NCBI GenBank assembly: GCA_964187785.1
Contig: OZ076419.1
Coordinates: 10,416,001 to 10,480,000 of the forward strand
Source: Amphiscolops sp. MND2022
Taxonomy: Eukaryota
Direction: 5' to 3'
DNA: 64,000 bases
Shown: positions 58,701 to 64,000 of the stretch, piece after piece
Layout: each line of letters begins with the position of its first letter
Position numbering within the stretch: the first letter of the stretch is position 1
The notes under the pieces: generated by a model
The model's input: only the letters and a program-made list of their open reading frames with translations
The model's database searches: none
Told to the model about the DNA's origin: nothing
Translations under genes and position numbers: made by a program

Positions 58701-59124
58701 GCATCAATTTACCTATATTGCATATAGTTGCGATCTTTTTTGCTTGAGAAAGTTATCGTGGACGCAAGGATTGGGAATTATCGTTTGGTTTAGCAGATCA
58801 ACCACGCTACCCCTCATCGAAACAGCTAAGTTTATTCCTGTAGTCACTGCATTGAATTTCAACTAGCTTCGTTTCTGAAACAGAGTAAGTGCCAAGCCAA
58901 AGATGCAGTTATTGCTTCACCCACTTCCGGAACATATCCAAAGTGACGCAAGCTAAATTCTCAATGACAACAGTTGCAATATCACCTATTAGGCGTTTTT
59001 GTGTAGTGGATTTTGCAAGTTCCTTTTCTGGACAAAAAAGTTTTTAAAGTTGTTTGCAAGTTGTCAACCAGGCCGTCGTAAAGCTTGGTGTGTTCTGTTA
59101 GCATACCTTGTAGACGTAAAATTT

Positions 59125-60389
59125 TGGTGCCGCGACCCGAGAAAGCACTGTGTCGTATTCGATCAACAATCGAATTGCAAAAGAAACGAAATGGCAGAAA
59201 CTACTGCAAGCAGTTTGTGGGACCCCATCTATCTGACTTCGTCGAAAAATGGGGTGAACGAAAGGTCTATTTTACCCGACTGCTTGAAAAATTCATCAAC
59301 AAACGAAAAACTGGATAGATCCCGAAAAACGCAAGTTTTTTCTAATTTCGATTCTCAGAAATTTAGACGTTGATTTCTCAGACCTACAAGTTCAGGATCC
59401 AACTGTTTGGGTTGACGTTGCTTAGTTCTTCTTAACTTATTCAACTTCAAAGAACAAGTTGCACAAGGAGTTTGAAATGCATCTTCCTTTTCTGAAAGAC
59501 GAATTCCACGGTAGCAGTAGAGAACTTTTTTCCAAAATGGAAACCGAACTCGAAAGAAAGTCTGATAGTTGGAGCAAAAGGTTTGAAGGTATCGTCCCAG
59601 TGAGTAGATTTCTCTCGCACTTGAGGATTGAAAAGGACTTGTTGAAATATTGCAGAGTCATCGATGAGTTTTACGATGACAAAAAGGTCATAATCGAAGA
59701 AAAAACGAAAATAAATAAACTAATTGAACAAGGCGCGAGGTTGATTCGTGTCAAACTGGCGATTCAGAAAGTTCAAGAGTACAAAGCTATTTTAGATAAA
59801 AGTCTCGAAAGCAGGCGCAATCTTCTCAAACCTGATTCTTCGATCATGCTATCCAACGCAGAAAAAATCGCAACGGAAATGAACCCTAATATTCAACAGG
59901 CAATGACTGACGCACTGAATTAGATTGATAGCTGCTATAGAGCGGCAAAAGATCCTTCGGACAATATCGAAACCTCTGAAGTAACTGGTTTTGAAAGTTC
60001 AGAGTTGTCAAAGGACGATGAAAACAGTTCACAAGCTCCGACAAAGCCAAGTGCGAAGGAGACGCTTGATAAAGGGTTGAAAATGCTTGAAGAGGCAAAT
60101 TGAAGAACGATTTTCCACAAAATTGAGGATCGGTTAGATAACCCATTTTGTCAATCTCAGTCGGCAATTCAGGTTCCAAGAAAATTTTTTCTTTTGTCGA
60201 CTACTCTCTTACCAGAACATTAGCTATGAGTGAGCCAGCAAAAAGGGCCGGTTCAAAGGCAGAGTCCAATGTTTCGAAATTGGGCGAGCGAAGACGATTG
60301 GAGATACAAGCTGAATTGATGGACCAAAAATCATTATTGGAAATTGAGAAATGAGCGCGTGAGTTGGAACTAGAGAAAAATCGTAGGGA

Positions 60390-60434
<45 letters not shown>

Positions 60435-63400
60435 GGAAGAACTGAAGAAAAACAGGCTATGAACAGAAGAGAAGTCGAAATGCGGAGGCTCCAAGAGTTT
60501 CAAGCCGAATCAGAAATCGCTAAATTGAAGCGTCAGAAACGTTTTGAGAAGCAGCAAATGCGATTGCAAATAGAAAAGGCTGAAGGATCATTTTGTGCTT
60601 CTTGAAAAGCTCGAAGCCTGATGTCTCTCAATCTTGAGGAGGACAAAAATAGCGACATCAAAAGTTGGTTAGATCAAAGTGATGAAAATTTTTACAAATG
60701 CTTCGCGCAGCCAAAGGAATTAGTAGAGAAGTAGAAAATAAATGCGTAGCAAGCATGTCGCCTAAAAACTCTCTACATTTTTGCACCCAAAGAATCCACA
60801 ACCGCGGAGTCAAGGCAGGGGCCTCAGTTAGTCATCTCAAAGAAAAGAAGCTCAGTTTTCTATGCCGAAATTTAGCATGTTACCCCAGCAAAGTAAACAA
60901 GACTCGAAGCCAAAATCCAAATTTTCTGAACCCACATTGAAAGCTAAAAATGAACTGCTTTCCTTTACACCAGCAGTACCTGTAGAGCAACCTGTACAAT
61001 TTGTTCAAACAAGTTTACATAAGTTGGAATGATCTGAATTTCATAGGACCCTCTGGAATGGCCAGAATGGTCCACCTTGTTCACAGCCATCATCCATAAA
61101 GCACCAGTTGATGACAAGGCGAAAATTAGTCATTTGAAAACATTCATTGAGGGCAAAGCCACGGCAGCTTTTGCTGACCTCGGGTACTCAGGAGTCATGT
61201 ACAGTGCAGCGTGGATTATTTTGGTCACTAAATTTGGGCGTCAACAAACAATTGTGAATGCTCAGATGAAGCAAATCCTTTTCAGTTCATTCATCAAGTC
61301 GCATGACTCAGCGGCTATTATAAAGTACGCGCAGTTGATCACTACTTGCGTCAAAGTATTGGAAAGGTTTGATTTTACAGGAGACTTGTATTCAGAGTCT
61401 GTTCTGAATTCGGCTTTGCGGAAATTACTCCCTGAACTGATAATCAAGTGATTTTTCCTTGCTGAGAGCAAAGACTACCATGCTGATCAATGTAGGTTCA
61501 GCGAATGGCTCAATGATATAGCTTTTGTTCACGGTGAGATTGCGGTGCTCTTTCGATCACCTTCAGAAAAAAGAGCTCTTCGGACAAGGTGAAGACCTCA
61601 ACATTCGTATCAAATGATCAAAACAAAACAATTTCTGCGCCCAATAAATAATGTCCATTGAAGGATGGGGATCTTAAAATTTGGATGTGTACTAAATATA
61701 AACAACAAAGTGTTAATGAAAGATATCAAAACGTTGAAGAGTTTGAAACTTTTCTTCTGTTGTTTAAACTCACAATTTATGGAAGACTGTAAATCGGAGA
61801 AAGTTTATGTAGTAAATGGATGCTCCAAAAAACATAACCAATTTTTGCATTCTGACCCACCAAAAGGTGAAAAAGACGAGACATGCGAGGAACTCGTGTC
61901 TCAAATTAGGGTCGGTGGATCTTCATTGCTTTCAACGGGAAGCAGTGGTTTGTTACAGTTGATACCAAATTCAATTGGAAATGAAAAAACCTGAGAAGAT
62001 AGCTCTTTGTGATACCTGATCCACTGTGTCGTTTATGGACCAAACGTTGATCGAACTTTTGAAGTTGAAAGGTAAAGAATATGTAATGTCAGTGGCTGGA
62101 ATTCATGGGCTACCTGATATGAAAACTGAACGTTTTCAGGCTAGAATTAGTCCAAATGAAACAGATACTGCGGGAGTGGAACTGACCTTCTGCAGTCATC
62201 CAAACTTGAATGTCGGTGACAAAAGCTATGACTTCACAGAAAAGAAAGCGAATTACGCCTATTTTCGATTTGCCGGATATAAAAGTTTCAAGTTCTGATG
62301 TCAAGGTCATTCTTGGGCACGATGTGTAACACTTGATCAGACCTCTTGAAAATAAATCAAGTAAAGGAAACGGGCCTTGGGCAGTGAAACCTTCGTTGGG
62401 AAGGACTGTCAGTGGAGCTTTGCCAAAAAGAGAAACTTCTTGACAGTTTCATGTAGTCTATCCGTATCTTCGGGTCCTTTAGCGGATCCAATGAAAAACG
62501 GTGGGACATGGAAACATAAGCGTCTGTGTGTGATGTGTCAGGACGTTCTAAGGAAGAAAGAGGGCTCAGGCAGCCTTGGAAAGAACTACCTTGGAACTTT
62601 ATGAAGTTAGACTTCTATGGGCTGACGACAATCCTAATTTGCCAAATAACTTTTATTCAGCGTGCCAACAGTTTCTTTCAATGGAAAAAAGATTAGGAAA
62701 GGATTCAGAGTTGAAAGAAGCTCAGAAAACTACCATTGAGAAAGACTTGGAAAATCATTTCATTCGAAAACTGGAACACAAAGAAGTTTCCGGTTCAGAG
62801 CATGAGTTTAAATGGTATTTACCTCATCCAGTAAAACATCCACATAAGCCAGGCAAGGTCGGAAGAGTTTGTAATGTGGCTTCAAAGTTTAGAGGCGCTT
62901 CACTGAACGACAAACTTCTCAGTGGACCTAACTTATTGCGCAACTTAGTTGGAAATGTTTTTAGGTTCAGAGAACACCTGATAGCAATCACTGCCGATAT
63001 AGAGTCTATGTTTTTACAAATAGCAGTTGGACATTGGAATTTTTGAATACAACAGGCATGTGTTTGCAGCAAAAAGATCCCCAACAAACGCCAGTTACGG
63101 TTTCCAACAAGCCGGTAGAGATAACAAAAGAGAGTTTCCAGTAGCAACCGCTACCATAGACAGAAACTTCTTCATGGACGACCTTGTTAAGAAGCCCTTG
63201 AATGTTATCAGCAGTTGGTGGAAACATTGAAGCGCAGTGGCTTCACATTGAAGAAGTGGGCGAGCAATTACCCTTGAGTGTTTGAAATTATCACTTCAGA
63301 AGACCACCAAGACTCTAATGAATTTACTTTGAGTGCTGAGTCTCAACCCAAGCGGATATTCTTCAAGTCTGCCGAGGACTGAACAAAAAAAGTCCACAGG

Positions 63401-64000
63401 AAGTAGCCCAACGAGTAGTTTTATCTTTTGTTTCATCGGTAATTGATCCCTTGCGAATCTTTGCACTGTTTACCATGCGGATGAGAATGCTTTTGAAGAG
63501 TATTTGGATTGGTTTTGATCAGTCATGGGACGAAACAGTCAGTGAAGAAGATAAGCGAATCTTCTTGGAGTGGGTACTAGAAATGCAGACAATTGAGCGA
63601 ACATCTCTTTCCCGGAAGCATTTTTCCAAAGTCCCCAAGAACGTGCAGTTACATACTTTCAGTGATGCCTCATTGGAAGCAATGTGCATTGTTGCATATT
63701 TTCGAGGAGAACTCGAAGATGGCATCGAAGTGTCCTTTGTATTGGGCAAATGTGGAATAGCTCCTAGCAAACAGTTGAGTATTCCTCGTCTAGAGCTACA
63801 AGCAGCCTTGTATTCTGTGAGGTTGAGAAAGTTGATTATTCAAGAACATGATTTACCTGTTAATAGTGTTACACATTGAACAGATTCCGTTACCGTATTG
63901 CAATGGTTAAATTCAGCAGACAAAAGGCAAAATGTCCTAGAAAACTCCATTGATGAATGGAAACATATACGAGGCGAGTTGAAACCATCTGATATTGGAA
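59125..64000 (+). mobile_element. Degraded BEL/Pao element, truncated by the window end
   Basis: PBS TGGTGCCGCGACCCG (close to the tRNA-His complement TGGTGCCGTGACTCG), gag (KISHLKTFIEGKA...KFGRQQTIVNAQ), RT (HPHKPGKVGRVCNVASKFRG.SLNDKLLSGPNLL, ADIESMFLQI, FMDD), RNase H (LHTFSDAS, PRLELQAAL). Many frameshifts; the 5' LTR was not delimited. Confidence 0.9.
60392..60431. repeat. (GA)~20 microsatellite within the BEL gag coiled-coil region
   Basis: Perfect GA run seen directly. Confidence 0.9.

Noticed and set aside
58560-58990. Coding-like - strand text upstream of the third BEL
   Set aside because: Multiple stops and no recognisable motif; not homologous to the SGNH-like accessory ORF.

Overview
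This is AT-rich eukaryotic DNA, most likely from an invertebrate animal (it has spliceosomal introns and no prokaryotic operons), and it is dominated by retrotransposons. One host gene can be reconstructed: a BTB-BACK protein on the + strand with in-frame exons at ~12252-12413, 13214-13318, 13394-13593, 40401-40523 and 40597-40716. Its ~26.8-kb intron holds a three-level nest. A degraded Ty3/Gypsy element with an env-like ORF is interrupted by an old, internally deleted BEL/Pao element, and that in turn is interrupted by a young, nearly intact BEL/Pao element (24455-31541, GTACT target-site duplication, one nonsense codon). Both BEL elements carry a homologous extra ORF upstream of gag with SGNH/GDSL-esterase-like motifs, and both LTRs of the older BEL contain a tRNA-like Pol III A/B-box cassette. 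The window also holds a CR1/L2-type LINE remnant with an ORF1 esterase, a TA-flanked TIR element, a second Gypsy (42.2-49.8 kb), arrays of ~39-bp hairpin units, a duplicated block with a zinc-finger ORF (52-58 kb) and a third BEL running off the right edge. All alignments and translations were done by eye. Boundaries of degraded elements are approximate, and family assignments rest on motif recognition rather than database searches.
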